This document shows positions 32,120 to 42,278 of a stretch of DNA of 64,000 nucleotides, in pieces. The position numbers and the translations under genes are program-made. The notes below the pieces were generated by a model that did not search any database, had not been told where the DNA came from, and worked only from the letters and a program-made list of their open reading frames with translations. Within the stretch, counting starts at the first letter, position 1. Every line of letters begins with the position of its first letter. Origin of the DNA: an uncultured Flavobacteriales bacterium (GTDB lineage Bacteria; Bacteroidota; Bacteroidia; Flavobacteriales; BACL11). The DNA is taken from positions 53,247 through 117,246 of the forward strand of contig CAJQIZ010000009.1 in the NCBI GenBank assembly GCA_905478555.1. Reading direction: 5' to 3'.

Positions 32120-32250
32120 AATTAACTGAAAATTAGTTTTATACAATTAAAAAAAAGAATATTTATAAAGCTTTATTTATTGTAAATTTAATATATTTGC
32201 GAATTCAAAAATAGAAACAAAATTTAACAAAAATTAATATTTAGTAAGAA

Positions 32251-32535
32251 ATGACAAAAGCGGAGATAATAAGCAAGATATCTGAAAGAACAGGAGTAGA
32301 AAAAAGAACAGCTACAGTTGTTGTAGAATCCTTTATGTCAGAAATTAAAGATTCCATCACAAAAGATGAATCTGTATTTTTAAGAGGGTTTGGCACATTT
32401 TTGGCTAAGGAAAGAAAAGAAAAGACTGGAAGAAACATCTCCAAGAACACAACAATCATCATTCCAGCACATCACATTCCATCTTTTAAACCAGCAAAGG
32501 TTTTTAAAGAGGAAGTAAAGAATAATGTAAAATAA
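32251..32535 (+). CDS. HU/IHF family DNA-binding protein
   Basis: MTKAEII, LRGFGTF, GRNISK, FKP. Confidence 0.95.
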   Translation: MTKAEIISKISERTGVEKRTATVVVESFMSEIKDSITKDESVFLRGFGTFLAKERKEKTGRNISKNTTIIIPAHHIPSFKPAKVFKEEVKNNVK

Positions 32536-32568
32536 TATACTAGAAAATCTAGTACAAAAAATATAATT

Positions 32569-32661
32569 ATGTCAGGAGCAAAGAAGAAAAAAGCAAAAAA
32601 GATTTCAACTCATAAACGTAAAAAACGTTTAAGAAAAAACAGACACAAGACTAAGAAATAA
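32569..32661 (+). CDS. 30-aa basic protein, bS22 (AURKAIP1/COX24-like) small ribosomal protein
   Basis: Translated by hand: MSGAKKKKAKKISTHKRKKRLRKNRHKTKK; HKRKKRLRKNRH core; between HU and rng; below the ORF-track cutoff. Confidence 0.85.
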   Translation: MSGAKKKKAKKISTHKRKKRLRKNRHKTKK

Positions 32662-32695
32662 ACTTTAATTAGTTTATTTAAAGAAATTTCAATCT

Positions 32696-34225
32696 ATGAA
32701 ATTTGAACTTGTCATTGATTCTCGATCCACTGAAGTTGTTATCGCTCTACTTAAAGAAGGGCGATTAATTGAGTTACATAAAGAAAAACACGATAACAAC
32801 TATTGTGTAGGAGATATTTACCTTGGAAAAATTAAAAAAATAGTTCCTGGGTTAAATGCTGCTTTCACAGGTGTTGGACATAATAAAGATGGATTTCTAC
32901 ACTATTTAGATTTAGGAGCTCAAGTAAATTCTTTCAAAAAATTTACAGAAAAGACAAGAGACGGAAAACTAAACACTGCTTCCTTAAAGAACTTTAGGAG
33001 AGAAAAAGACACCCTAAAAGAAGGGAAGATTACTGAAGTACTTAAGGGTGGAGAACATTTAATGGTACAAGTGTCGAAAGAACCGATATCGTCCAAAGGA
33101 CCAAGACTTTCAACCGAATTATCTTTTGCAGGTAGATACATGGTTTTAATACCTTTTTCAGATAGAATTTCTATATCCCAGAAGATAAAAAGCAGAGAAG
33201 AACGATCAAGATTAAAAAAATTAATTCAGAGTATAAGACCAAAAGGATTTGGGGTTATAATCAGAACAGTAGCGGACGGAAAAAAAGTTGCCGAACTAGA
33301 TATGGATTTAAAAAATCTATATAAAAAATGGCAATCTATTTATAAAAACCTGAAAACTGCAAATGTATCTGACAGAATTCATTCTGAACTAAACAGATCC
33401 TCTGCAATATTAAGGGATTTACTAAATTCTGAATTTAGTCAGATTCATGTTAATAATGTAGAACTACATAAAGAGTTAAAAGAATTTTTATCTAGAATTT
33501 CCCCTGATCAAGAAAAAATTGTAAAACTATATAAAGGAGAAACTCCTATATTTCAGCATATGAATATAACACAACAAGTAAAAAGTTCGTTCGGAAAAAC
33601 TACTAGCATGAAAAACGGTACTTATCTTGTAATTGAACATACTGAAGCACTACATGTAATTGATGTAAATTCAGGGAAAAAAGTAGATTCGAAAAAAAAT
33701 CAGGAAGCGAATGCACTTGCTGTAAATGAAATTGCAGTAGAGGAAGTAGCAAGACAACTCCGACTTAGAGATATGGGAGGAATTATTGTAGTAGATTTTA
33801 TAGATTTACATCATGCTAAAAATAGAAAGATAATATATGACAACATGACGGAAGCTATGAAGTTAGACAAAGCAAAACATCATATATTACCTCTTACAAA
33901 GTTTGGATTAATGCAAATAACCAGACAAAGAGTACGACCAGAAATGAAGATTGAGACACAAGAAAAATGCCCAATGTGTACTGGAAACGGGAAAATAGAT
34001 TCTTCTTTACTATTGATAGAAACTATTGAAAATAAAATAAAAAATCTAGCATCAACTCAAAAAGAAGAAATAAAAATTGCTACACACCCATTTATTGCTT
34101 CTCATATTAATAAGGGATTATTTTTCTCTTCAATCAGACACAGTTGGGTAAAAAAACATAACAGAAAAATTACTATTCTTTCTGATGAAAGATTACACCT
34201 TTTACAATACAGTGTAGTTAATTAA
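32696..34225 (+). CDS. rng: Ribonuclease E/G family
   Basis: S1 domain, IDVNSG, RLRDMGGIIVVDFID, CPMC Zn link. Confidence 0.95.
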   Translation: MKFELVIDSRSTEVVIALLKEGRLIELHKEKHDNNYCVGDIYLGKIKKIVPGLNAAFTGVGHNKDGFLHYLDLGAQVNSFKKFTEKTRDGKLNTASLKNFRREKDTLKEGKITEVLKGGEHLMVQVSKEPISSKGPRLSTELSFAGRYMVLIPFSDRISISQKIKSREERSRLKKLIQSIRPKGFGVIIRTVADGKKVAELDMDLKNLYKKWQSIYKNLKTANVSDRIHSELNRSSAILRDLLNSEFSQIHVNNVELHKELKEFLSRISPDQEKIVKLYKGETPIFQHMNITQQVKSSFGKTTSMKNGTYLVIEHTEALHVIDVNSGKKVDSKKNQEANALAVNEIAVEEVARQLRLRDMGGIIVVDFIDLHHAKNRKIIYDNMTEAMKLDKAKHHILPLTKFGLMQITRQRVRPEMKIETQEKCPMCTGNGKIDSSLLLIETIENKIKNLASTQKEEIKIATHPFIASHINKGLFFSSIRHSWVKKHNRKITILSDERLHLLQYSVVN

Positions 34226-35489
34226 GATTCTTCTTTTCCTTTAAATAATAGTATGTCAGAGAGAAGATGGTTGTCATTACTAAAATCGCCCCAACAAAAT
34301 AACCCCACCTAATATTATCTTCTTTCAGAAAAAATGGAAGAGTAAATATAATTATCAATAACATACGAACTAGTACATTAATAGAACTAAATACACTGCC
34401 AGCTCTACCAATTAAATTATTTGGAATATTTGAAAACAAAAAGGTTGTACGAATAATTCTCACACCAGCATTTGAAATACCTAACAATAAATGAGTTGCA
34501 AAAAATAAGAAAATATTATTAGAAAAACTCATTCCGAAAAAAGAAATGCAAACTAAAGACATTAATATTATAATACTTAAATACTCACTAAAGCTACTAA
34601 AAAAACGATAAACTAAAAAACCTGACAAAACTGCTCCAATAGAATAATACACTTCAGCAGAAGCATAAACATCAGCATCTGCATTCATGTATCTCTCCAC
34701 ATATAATGGAAGTAAAACATGAACCTCAACTAAGGTAAAAGCAAATAACATATAGGTTAATGTACCGAAAGCAAATATATTTGGATTCTCTATAAGATAT
34801 TTAAAACCTGCTTTCAATCTAAAAAAGAGGCTACCTTTATGAATATCATGCTTTATAATCGGAGTATATTTAATAAAAATAAATAAAGTAATTCCTATAA
34901 AGTAAGTGATCGCATCCATCATAAATACTTTCTGAATAGACCAAGCTTCAATGGTAAAAGGTAAACTAATATTAAAACCAGCTAACGAAAAATCGGTAGA
35001 GTTAGTCCCTGACAAGAGAAGAGCAGCAAAAGCCCCTGCAAACATTGAGGTAAACTGACCTTGTACCTCAATATAAGAATTAAGTTTACCATAATTCTTC
35101 TTTTCTGTAATCTCCTGACCAAAAGCATACAAATTAGGATAATGGATGTTATAATTAAAAATAGTAAGTCCAAAAACCAATAAGACTAAGAAATCCGGAA
35201 CAGTACCAACCGAAAATCCATAATAGGAAACAGAAGCAATAACAGTACCACAAACCAAATTAGTATAAATAAATACTTTTTTACGAGAATACCTATCTAT
35301 AATGGTACCGGCATACAAGCCCCAAAAAAGAGTTAGAAAAGTAACTAGTAAGTAGAAAAAAGCAAATACAGCAGGTCTTTCCACAACATCAACAAAATAC
35401 CATGGAATAGCCATCATACTAATTCCCTGAGCAAAGCCAGAAATAATATTAGAAATAAATAAAAGTGTAATTGCTTGTTTGTTTTTCAT
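34218..35489 (-). CDS. MFS transporter
   Basis: About 12 TM helices, motif A-like GTIIDRYSRK; start refined to 35489. Confidence 0.9.
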   Translation of the reverse strand: MKNKQAITLLFISNIISGFAQGISMMAIPWYFVDVVERPAVFAFFYLLVTFLTLFWGLYAGTIIDRYSRKKVFIYTNLVCGTVIASVSYYGFSVGTVPDFLVLLVFGLTIFNYNIHYPNLYAFGQEITEKKNYGKLNSYIEVQGQFTSMFAGAFAALLLSGTNSTDFSLAGFNISLPFTIEAWSIQKVFMMDAITYFIGITLFIFIKYTPIIKHDIHKGSLFFRLKAGFKYLIENPNIFAFGTLTYMLFAFTLVEVHVLLPLYVERYMNADADVYASAEVYYSIGAVLSGFLVYRFFSSFSEYLSIIILMSLVCISFFGMSFSNNIFLFFATHLLLGISNAGVRIIRTTFLFSNIPNNLIGRAGSVFSSINVLVRMLLIIIFTLPFFLKEDNIRWGYFVGAILVMTTIFSLTYYYLKEKKNLN

Positions 35490-35535
35490 TCCGGCAAAAA
35501 TATAATAATAAAGGAATAATATGTACTTTTGAAAA

Positions 35536-36006
35536 GTGCAAAACAACAAAACATACAATATAAAACAAGCTACCGAGAAAATACAACACTATTGTGCCCT
35601 ACAAGACAGATGCCAATGGGAAGTAAAAAGAAAGCTACAGGAATATGGATTAGATGATTTTGTAGTAGAGAGTATATTAGTAGATTTAATTTTAGAGAAA
35701 TTTGTTAACGAACAAAGGTTTTCAGAATCATTTTGTAGAGGGAAATTTAGAATAAAAAAGTGGGGAAGAATAAAAATAAAAAACGAACTGAAATTAAAAA
35801 ATATATCTGAAAACTGTATTAAAAAAGGATTAAAACAAATTGAAGATATAGAGTACACAAAAGTTTTAGAAGAATTATATAGAAAGAAAAGAGACAACCT
35901 AAAAGATAAAAATCAATTTATAAGAAAGGGGAAAATTGTAAAATATCTTCAACAAAAAGGATTTGAAAGCAATTTGATTTGGGAGCTAATAAACAAAGAT
36001 AAATAG
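35536..36006 (+). CDS. recX: Regulatory protein RecX
   Basis: YCALQDRC, NEQRF, WGRIKI, QKGF; GTG start. Confidence 0.92.
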   Translation: MQNNKTYNIKQATEKIQHYCALQDRCQWEVKRKLQEYGLDDFVVESILVDLILEKFVNEQRFSESFCRGKFRIKKWGRIKIKNELKLKNISENCIKKGLKQIEDIEYTKVLEELYRKKRDNLKDKNQFIRKGKIVKYLQQKGFESNLIWELINKDK

Positions 36007-36019
36007 CTATTTTTGAAAA

Positions 36020-37108
36020 ATGATTTCCAAAGAACAAATATTAAAAATACAAAATAGACTTTCTGAATTAAATCGTTTTCTATCTATTGAGACAAAAGAA
36101 AATGATATTTCATCATTAGAAAAAATATCTCATGATAATAAATTTTGGGATCATCCGAAAGAAGCAGAAAAAACTCTCAAAAAAATAAGCAAAATAAAGA
36201 TTTGGGTAAACGCTTATAACACAATAAAAAACCTACTTGAAGAATTAATAATTTTAGATGAATTTCTGAAAGAAGGAGAATGTACAGAAGAAGAAATAGA
36301 ATCTCAACATGAAAAATGTATAAAATCCTTAGAAGATTTAGAGTTTAAAAATATGTTAAGCGCAGAGGAAGATAATATGTCGGCAGTAATGACTATAAAT
36401 CCAGGAGCAGGAGGGACGGAAAGTCAAGATTGGGCAGAAATGATAATGAGGATGTACCTAATGTGGGGAGAGAAAAATGGGTTCAAAATAAAAGAACTAG
36501 ACTTTCATAAATCAGATACTGCAGGAATAAAATCAGTTACATTAGAATTTGAAGGAGATTTTGCATTCGGAAATTTAAAAGGAGAAAATGGAGTTCATAG
36601 ATTAGTCAGAATTTCTCCATTTGATTCCAACGCAAAAAGACATACTTCTTTTGCTTCTGTATTTGTATATCCATTAGCAGATGATTCTATTGAAATTAAA
36701 ATTGATCCATCTGACATCAGTTGGGATACTTTTAGAGCTAGTGGAGCAGGAGGACAGGGAGTAAATAAAACCGAATCGGCAGTAAGGTTAAAACACAGCC
36801 CAACAGGAATTTCAATTGAAAATTCCGAATCCCGTTCTCAATTAGAAAATAAAGCTAAAGCACTACAACTTCTAAAATCTCAACTTTACGAATTAGAAAT
36901 TAGGAAAATTCAAGATGAAAAAGATAAATTAGAAGGGAATAAAAAGAAAATAGAATGGGGTTCTCAAATACGAAACTATGTTCTTCACCCCTATAAAATG
37001 GTGAAAGACTTAAGAACAAATTTTGAATCTACAAATCCTGATGCTGTGTTAGATGGAGAGTTAAACCAATTTATTAAAAGTTACCTAATGGAATTCGGTC
37101 AAAAATAG
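36020..37108 (+). CDS. prfB: Peptide chain release factor 2 (uninterrupted frame)
   Basis: SPF anticodon-mimic (RISPFD), GGQ, WGSQIRNY. Confidence 0.97.
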   Translation: MISKEQILKIQNRLSELNRFLSIETKENDISSLEKISHDNKFWDHPKEAEKTLKKISKIKIWVNAYNTIKNLLEELIILDEFLKEGECTEEEIESQHEKCIKSLEDLEFKNMLSAEEDNMSAVMTINPGAGGTESQDWAEMIMRMYLMWGEKNGFKIKELDFHKSDTAGIKSVTLEFEGDFAFGNLKGENGVHRLVRISPFDSNAKRHTSFASVFVYPLADDSIEIKIDPSDISWDTFRASGAGGQGVNKTESAVRLKHSPTGISIENSESRSQLENKAKALQLLKSQLYELEIRKIQDEKDKLEGNKKKIEWGSQIRNYVLHPYKMVKDLRTNFESTNPDAVLDGELNQFIKSYLMEFGQK

Positions 37109-37112
37109 AAAA

Positions 37113-37454
37113 ATGAAAATATACCACAATCCAAGATGTAGTAAAAGTAGACAAACCCTTTCTTTAATAGAAAAAAAAAATAAGGAAATAGAAATTATAG
37201 AATACTTAAAAACTCCTGCAACTGTGGAAGAATTAAAATCTATAATAGAAAAACTTGGAATTAAGGCAATTGATTTAGTCAGAAAGAAAGAACAAATCTG
37301 GATAGAAGATTATAAAGGGAGAGATTTAACAGACAAAAAAATTTTAGAAGCAATGGTAGAAAATCCGAATATTATGGAAAGACCAATAGTTATAGATGGA
37401 AATAAAGCTATTATCAGCAGACCACCAGAAAATGTTTTAACTTTTATGGATTAG
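37113..37454 (+). CDS. arsC: ArsC/Spx-family (arsenate reductase-like) protein
   Basis: YHNPRCSKSR, ERPIV, RP. Confidence 0.88.
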   Translation: MKIYHNPRCSKSRQTLSLIEKKNKEIEIIEYLKTPATVEELKSIIEKLGIKAIDLVRKKEQIWIEDYKGRDLTDKKILEAMVENPNIMERPIVIDGNKAIISRPPENVLTFMD

Positions 37455-37594
37455 TTTGGGATTTGATCGTCCTCTAATTTTCCTTCTTTAATCCATACAA
37501 ATATGAAATAAGGAATAACAGAGGCAAGGAATATAACTCCCCAAAATGCCATTAATAAAACAAATACAAATATAAGGAAGCCTAGAAATTTCAT
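37451..37594 (-). CDS. 47-aa small membrane protein
   Basis: Translated by hand: MKFLGFLIFVFVLLMAFWGVIFLASVIPYFIFVWIKEGKLEDDQIPN; fills the arsC-fumC gap; A-rich start context. Confidence 0.65.
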   Translation of the reverse strand: MKFLGFLIFVFVLLMAFWGVIFLASVIPYFIFVWIKEGKLEDDQIPN

Positions 37595-37655
37595 AATTAT
37601 TATTTTTGTACTGCAAATTAACAACAACAATTAAAACTATCAAAATAAAATTGTA

Positions 37656-39041
37656 ATGAATTATAGAATTGAAAAAGATACAATGGGTGAAGTAAAAGTT
37701 CCTGTAGAAAAATATTGGGGAGCTCAAACTCAAAGAAGTATAAACAACTTCAAAATAGGGAGTGCAGGAAGTATGCCTCTAGAAATTATTTATGGTTTTG
37801 CTTATTTAAAAAAGGCAGCAGCACATACTAATTGTAAACTAGGAGTTTTATCTACTGAAAAGAGAGATTTAATTTCAAAAGTATGTGACGAAATTCTAGA
37901 AGGGAAGCATGATAATCAGTTTCCTCTTGTAATTTGGCAGACAGGAAGTGGAACGCAAAGTAATATGAATACAAATGAGGTAATTGCAAACAGAGCGCAT
38001 TTAATAAACGGAGGAACCTTAGAAGATTCTGAAAAAGTAATTCACCCAAATGATGATGTAAATAAATCACAAAGTTCCAACGATACCTTTCCTACCGGAA
38101 TGCACATTGCAGCTTACAAAATGATAGTAGAAATAACAATCCCTGGTGTAGAACAATTAAGAAATACTCTAAAAGGTAAATCTGAAGCATTTATGAATGT
38201 TGTGAAAATTGGGAGAACACACCTAATGGATGCCACTCCACTTACTTTAGGTCAAGAGTTTTCAGGATATGTTTCTCAGTTAGATCACGGACTAAAATCA
38301 CTTAATAATACTCTTTCTCACCTTTCGGAAGTTGCATTAGGAGGAACAGCTGTAGGAACAGGAATTAATACTCCAGAAGGATACTCTGAATTAGCAGCAA
38401 AATACATTGCAGACTTTACAGGACTTCCATTTATAACTGCAGAAAATAAATTTGAAGCTTTAGCCGCTCATGACGCAATTGTAGAAAGCCATGGAGCATT
38501 AAAACAATTAGCGGTTTCCTTAAATAAAATTGCAAACGATATTCGTTTATTAGCCTCCGGACCAAGAAGTGGAATTGGAGAGATTATAATTCCTGCAAAC
38601 GAACCCGGATCTTCTATTATGCCAGGAAAAGTAAATCCTACTCAAGCAGAAGCAATAACTATGGTATGTGCACAGGTGATAGGAAACGATACCGCTATTA
38701 CAGTTGGAGGAATGCAAGGTCACTACGAACTAAATGTATTTAAACCTGTAATGGCAGCTAACTTCTTGCAATCTGCCAGATTAATTGGAGATGCTTGTAT
38801 TTCTTTTGAAGAAAATTGTGCTATTGGAATTGAACCAAATCATGAAAACTTAAAGAAGAATTTAGAAAATTCTTTAATGTTAGTTACCGCACTTAACACT
38901 AAGATTGGTTACGAAAAAGCTGCTAAAATTGCAAAAACAGCACACCAAAACGGAACAACACTAAAAGAAGAAAGCGTAAACTTAGGTTACCTTACTGCAG
39001 AAGAATTTGATGAGTGGGTAAAACCAGAAGAAATGTGTTAA
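37656..39041 (+). CDS. fumC: Class II fumarate hydratase
   Basis: [31 protein letters not shown]. Confidence 0.98.
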   Translation: MNYRIEKDTMGEVKVPVEKYWGAQTQRSINNFKIGSAGSMPLEIIYGFAYLKKAAAHTNCKLGVLSTEKRDLISKVCDEILEGKHDNQFPLVIWQTGSGTQSNMNTNEVIANRAHLINGGTLEDSEKVIHPNDDVNKSQSSNDTFPTGMHIAAYKMIVEITIPGVEQLRNTLKGKSEAFMNVVKIGRTHLMDATPLTLGQEFSGYVSQLDHGLKSLNNTLSHLSEVALGGTAVGTGINTPEGYSELAAKYIADFTGLPFITAENKFEALAAHDAIVESHGALKQLAVSLNKIANDIRLLASGPRSGIGEIIIPANEPGSSIMPGKVNPTQAEAITMVCAQVIGNDTAITVGGMQGHYELNVFKPVMAANFLQSARLIGDACISFEENCAIGIEPNHENLKKNLENSLMLVTALNTKIGYEKAAKIAKTAHQNGTTLKEESVNLGYLTAEEFDEWVKPEEMC

Positions 39042-39050
39042 TTAGGATAT

Positions 39051-39082
39051 AAAAAAAACCGAGATGAAAGTCTCGGATTTTT
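39051..39082. terminator. Bidirectional intrinsic terminator
   Basis: A-tract, CCGAGA-TGAAAG-TCTCGG stem-loop, T-tract between convergent genes. Confidence 0.8.
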
Positions 39083-39087
39083 AAACA

Positions 39088-39648
39088 TTAATCTATAACA
39101 ACATAAACATCTGTAAACTTCATAACAAACTCAGGATTAGACAATGAACCATATTCAGTTAAAGAGGACTCTCTAATTCCTTTTTCTCTATCTCTTATTA
39201 GTCTTCCAGAAAAACACACAATATCTCCTTCCTTTAAAGAAGAAAAAGATTCGTAAATATCACTTCCTTTTCTTATCATTGTATTATCATCTGAGTCCGA
39301 AAATCTATTACTCCATGTTTTATATTCAATATCAATATTAAATTTTTCTGAGACAAGAGTAACAGAAAGGTAGTCTCCACCCTGTGATGTACTTAAACTA
39401 TATACTTCAGCAAACCACTTTTTTACCTGTCTGTTGTTTTGCTTTGAGAAGTCAGATGTCCAGTCATTTGTTTCTAACCAAATTCCTGACCTTTGTATAT
39501 CATTTACAGCATTATCATATAACTCAAAAAAACTACTTCTTTTCTCCTCAAATTCTTTTTGGGTATTGTTTATAGGAACATCTACACCACAGGAAGTCAA
39601 TACTATTGCAGCAATCATAAGAGAACTAATTATTTCTAATTTTTTCAT
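39088..39648 (-). CDS. Hypothetical lipoprotein (possible OB-fold)
   Basis: Start 39648 gives lipobox LTSC; LKEGDIVCFSG resembles an OB-fold strand. Confidence 0.75.
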   Translation of the reverse strand: MKKLEIISSLMIAAIVLTSCGVDVPINNTQKEFEEKRSSFFELYDNAVNDIQRSGIWLETNDWTSDFSKQNNRQVKKWFAEVYSLSTSQGGDYLSVTLVSEKFNIDIEYKTWSNRFSDSDDNTMIRKGSDIYESFSSLKEGDIVCFSGRLIRDREKGIRESSLTEYGSLSNPEFVMKFTDVYVVID

Positions 39649-39726
39649 TTTAAAATTTGTTTTAAAATTCACCTATTCTTTAAGGTTTTCGGCTTTCCCT
39701 ATTTTTTTTATTACCCTTTTATTTTG

Positions 39727-40590
39727 TTAAAATATATCTTCTAAAATTTCAGAGAATAATCCACCTATTACTAGATAACTTAAAACTATCCCAATAAATA
39801 ATATTAAGATCCCATTTTTAGAAATAGAAAATTCAACTAATTTAATGACTAATTTAATCAAATATTGATAAACTTCTTTAAAAATATAAGTACCCACTAA
39901 TACAAATGCTGAAACAGCCATGATTCCTAATGATCCTAATCCACCAGATTTAAGAAATTCAAAATACGTACTATATTCATTATAACCTTGTATCCAAATA
40001 CCACTACCATCTCTCAGATCATTAACATCTCCCATTTCTCCTAATAACTGAAACATATCTGCTAATGGAAAATATACTAATGAACTTAATATTGCAGCAA
40101 CTAGACTAAGTATTCCAACTAAAAATAATAGTAAAGCTAATACTTCACCAAAAATCATAATCATTGTTGGAAATACTGATTTATACATGTAATGTATTAA
40201 TCCTTCATATGCTGAGTCCTCTAACTGATTAGTTCGTTTCTTAACAAATAAAAATAAAACATAAATAGTTGCTAGACATAGTACTAAACCAATTAAGAAT
40301 CCGATTACTGATGTAAATTGTTGCATCCCTTCTAGATTTTCAAACTTTGAGAAATATCCATAACGATAAGAATCATCATCTGAAAACATATTTATTATAC
40401 ACGCCCATAATCCTGAGGCAATAATTCCCCATCCAATTAATCTGAAGAAGAGAACAATAATAAATTTAAAAATATTACCATTATCGATTCTATCTAATAA
40501 GTTTTTTACTTCTGATTCTACCATATCTCCAAATCCTAGATTTGTAGACATAGCAGGAGTCGATTCCTGTGCTACATTTTCATTTTCCAT
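39727..40590 (-). CDS. Hypothetical multi-pass membrane protein
   Basis: 287 aa with about 6 hydrophobic segments; no family recognised. Confidence 0.8.
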   Translation of the reverse strand: MENENVAQESTPAMSTNLGFGDMVESEVKNLLDRIDNGNIFKFIIVLFFRLIGWGIIASGLWACIINMFSDDDSYRYGYFSKFENLEGMQQFTSVIGFLIGLVLCLATIYVLFLFVKKRTNQLEDSAYEGLIHYMYKSVFPTMIMIFGEVLALLLFLVGILSLVAAILSSLVYFPLADMFQLLGEMGDVNDLRDGSGIWIQGYNEYSTYFEFLKSGGLGSLGIMAVSAFVLVGTYIFKEVYQYLIKLVIKLVEFSISKNGILILFIGIVLSYLVIGGLFSEILEDIF

Positions 40591-40689
40591 AATTTTTAAT
40601 TTTTTAAGGTAATTAATATTACAATATTACCAATAATATATTGCTGATAAGATTCTAATCGGCAAACTACATGAAAATTAGACGAACTA

Positions 40690-42141
40690 CTAGTTAGAAT
40701 CTAACTGCATGGATTCACACACTTCCAACATGTCTTCTAGTTTAAGCTTACCTGAGGAGCTGTTAGAAGTTACAATTACGTTCCTACCACTAGGAAAACT
40801 AACTTCAGTTGGATATGTTCCTTTAAAAGTAATTCCAGTTTTACCCTTTACATTTATCTCAAATGAACTACTACTAGAAGATTGAGCATCAATATATAAT
40901 GTTTTATATATATAATCTACTTGACTTTCATATAACAAATCAAAGAATGAAACAACATAGTCTCTTTTCTCTTCTGAATAAAAATAGGCTGTTGACTGCC
41001 AATGACCAACCATCTTTCTTGCCCATTTAGCATTATTTCTTTGTCTAGCATATTTTGATGTTAGTTGTTCTGTTGTAAAACAAACAAAATGATCTTTTAT
41101 ATTACTAGGAAGTGTATAAAAAGCATTGTAAAATTCATCATATGAATTTAAACCATCACCTTTTCCTAAATTCTTTATTATTTCCAGTATTTGATCCTCT
41201 GACTTCTCTGTAGACTGAGAGAAAACAACATGATTTAGGTCTTTGGAAACAAGTACTATATACGTTCTGTATTCATCCTTTCTCTTACTTGGTTTAATAG
41301 TCACTTTATATCCAGTAAAATTCTGATAAGATGAGACAGAAATTTTTACTTTATCTTCAAATGGGTATTTGCCAGTAGACAGAATAAGTTCTGCAAAATA
41401 ATTAGCAATATCTATCTGTTTATCATCACTATCTATAGAAATAACAGATGATGTCTGAATATCATTTACGTCAATCCCATGATCTTTTTTTAATTTTATA
41501 ATATCTATTGTTACCCTATCATCAAATAAATTATCTTCATAAATAACCTCAGCTATACATTCAGATTTCTTCATTAACGATTTCATAGAAATTCCTCTAG
41601 GTAAATCATGATTAACATTATATCCATCTCTAAACTTCCTAATATCCTTAACAGAATCAGGGCAATTTACTATGAAGAAATTCTTAATAATAAAATTATC
41701 ATCATCTGGGAACTTATCAATAATATCATATATTTTTCCAGGAATATCAGGTTTCAGAGTCTTAATCCTTTCTGTTTCTTTTTTCGTCTCCTTATAATCT
41801 ATTACAAGGTTCTCTTTAATGTTTTGATAATTAATAATTTCTAAACTATTAAAATTACCTTTCTTTTCAATTTCCAGTTTATGATTCTGTATACCATCTA
41901 GAGTCTTCTCTGATCCGCTAATAACTCTGTACCAAGTACCATCACCGCCTTCTTGTTCCTCAGCAATAATATAAGCATTTACCCCTATATTATTTAATCT
42001 ACGCATAATATCTTCTGCTTTGTACACACTTCTAACCTCCTTTATTTGTATTGCATAAGGAGACTCATCATTTATAGGTTTATTAGAAGAAGAGCAAGAA
42101 GAAATAAGAATTATTAAGAATAGTATTAAGTGATTTTTCAT
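40690..42141 (-). CDS. Lipoprotein with N-terminal SPOR-like domain
   Basis: Start 42141 gives lipobox ISSC; YAIQI...A..L...G..AYI...WYRVISG SPOR pattern; TATATTTG promoter upstream. Confidence 0.75.
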   Translation of the reverse strand: MKNHLILFLIILISSCSSSNKPINDESPYAIQIKEVRSVYKAEDIMRRLNNIGVNAYIIAEEQEGGDGTWYRVISGSEKTLDGIQNHKLEIEKKGNFNSLEIINYQNIKENLVIDYKETKKETERIKTLKPDIPGKIYDIIDKFPDDDNFIIKNFFIVNCPDSVKDIRKFRDGYNVNHDLPRGISMKSLMKKSECIAEVIYEDNLFDDRVTIDIIKLKKDHGIDVNDIQTSSVISIDSDDKQIDIANYFAELILSTGKYPFEDKVKISVSSYQNFTGYKVTIKPSKRKDEYRTYIVLVSKDLNHVVFSQSTEKSEDQILEIIKNLGKGDGLNSYDEFYNAFYTLPSNIKDHFVCFTTEQLTSKYARQRNNAKWARKMVGHWQSTAYFYSEEKRDYVVSFFDLLYESQVDYIYKTLYIDAQSSSSSSFEINVKGKTGITFKGTYPTEVSFPSGRNVIVTSNSSSGKLKLEDMLEVCESMQLDSN

Positions 42142-42278
42142 GTTTATTAAATTTATTAAAAGGCCAAATATAAAAGATTTAACTCTTACAAACAAAAAAA
42201 CTAGTTAAAGATACGTTAATTATCGATAAAAAACAAGAGAACTTGGAAATATAAAATAATAGTAGTTACTTTGACCTT

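Noticed and set aside
35536-36006. recX not adjacent to recA
   Set aside because: Common arrangement in Bacteroidota.
37488-37733. 81-aa minus-strand ORF
   Set aside because: Overlaps the fumC start; the alternative frame 37451-37594 gives a more plausible membrane protein.
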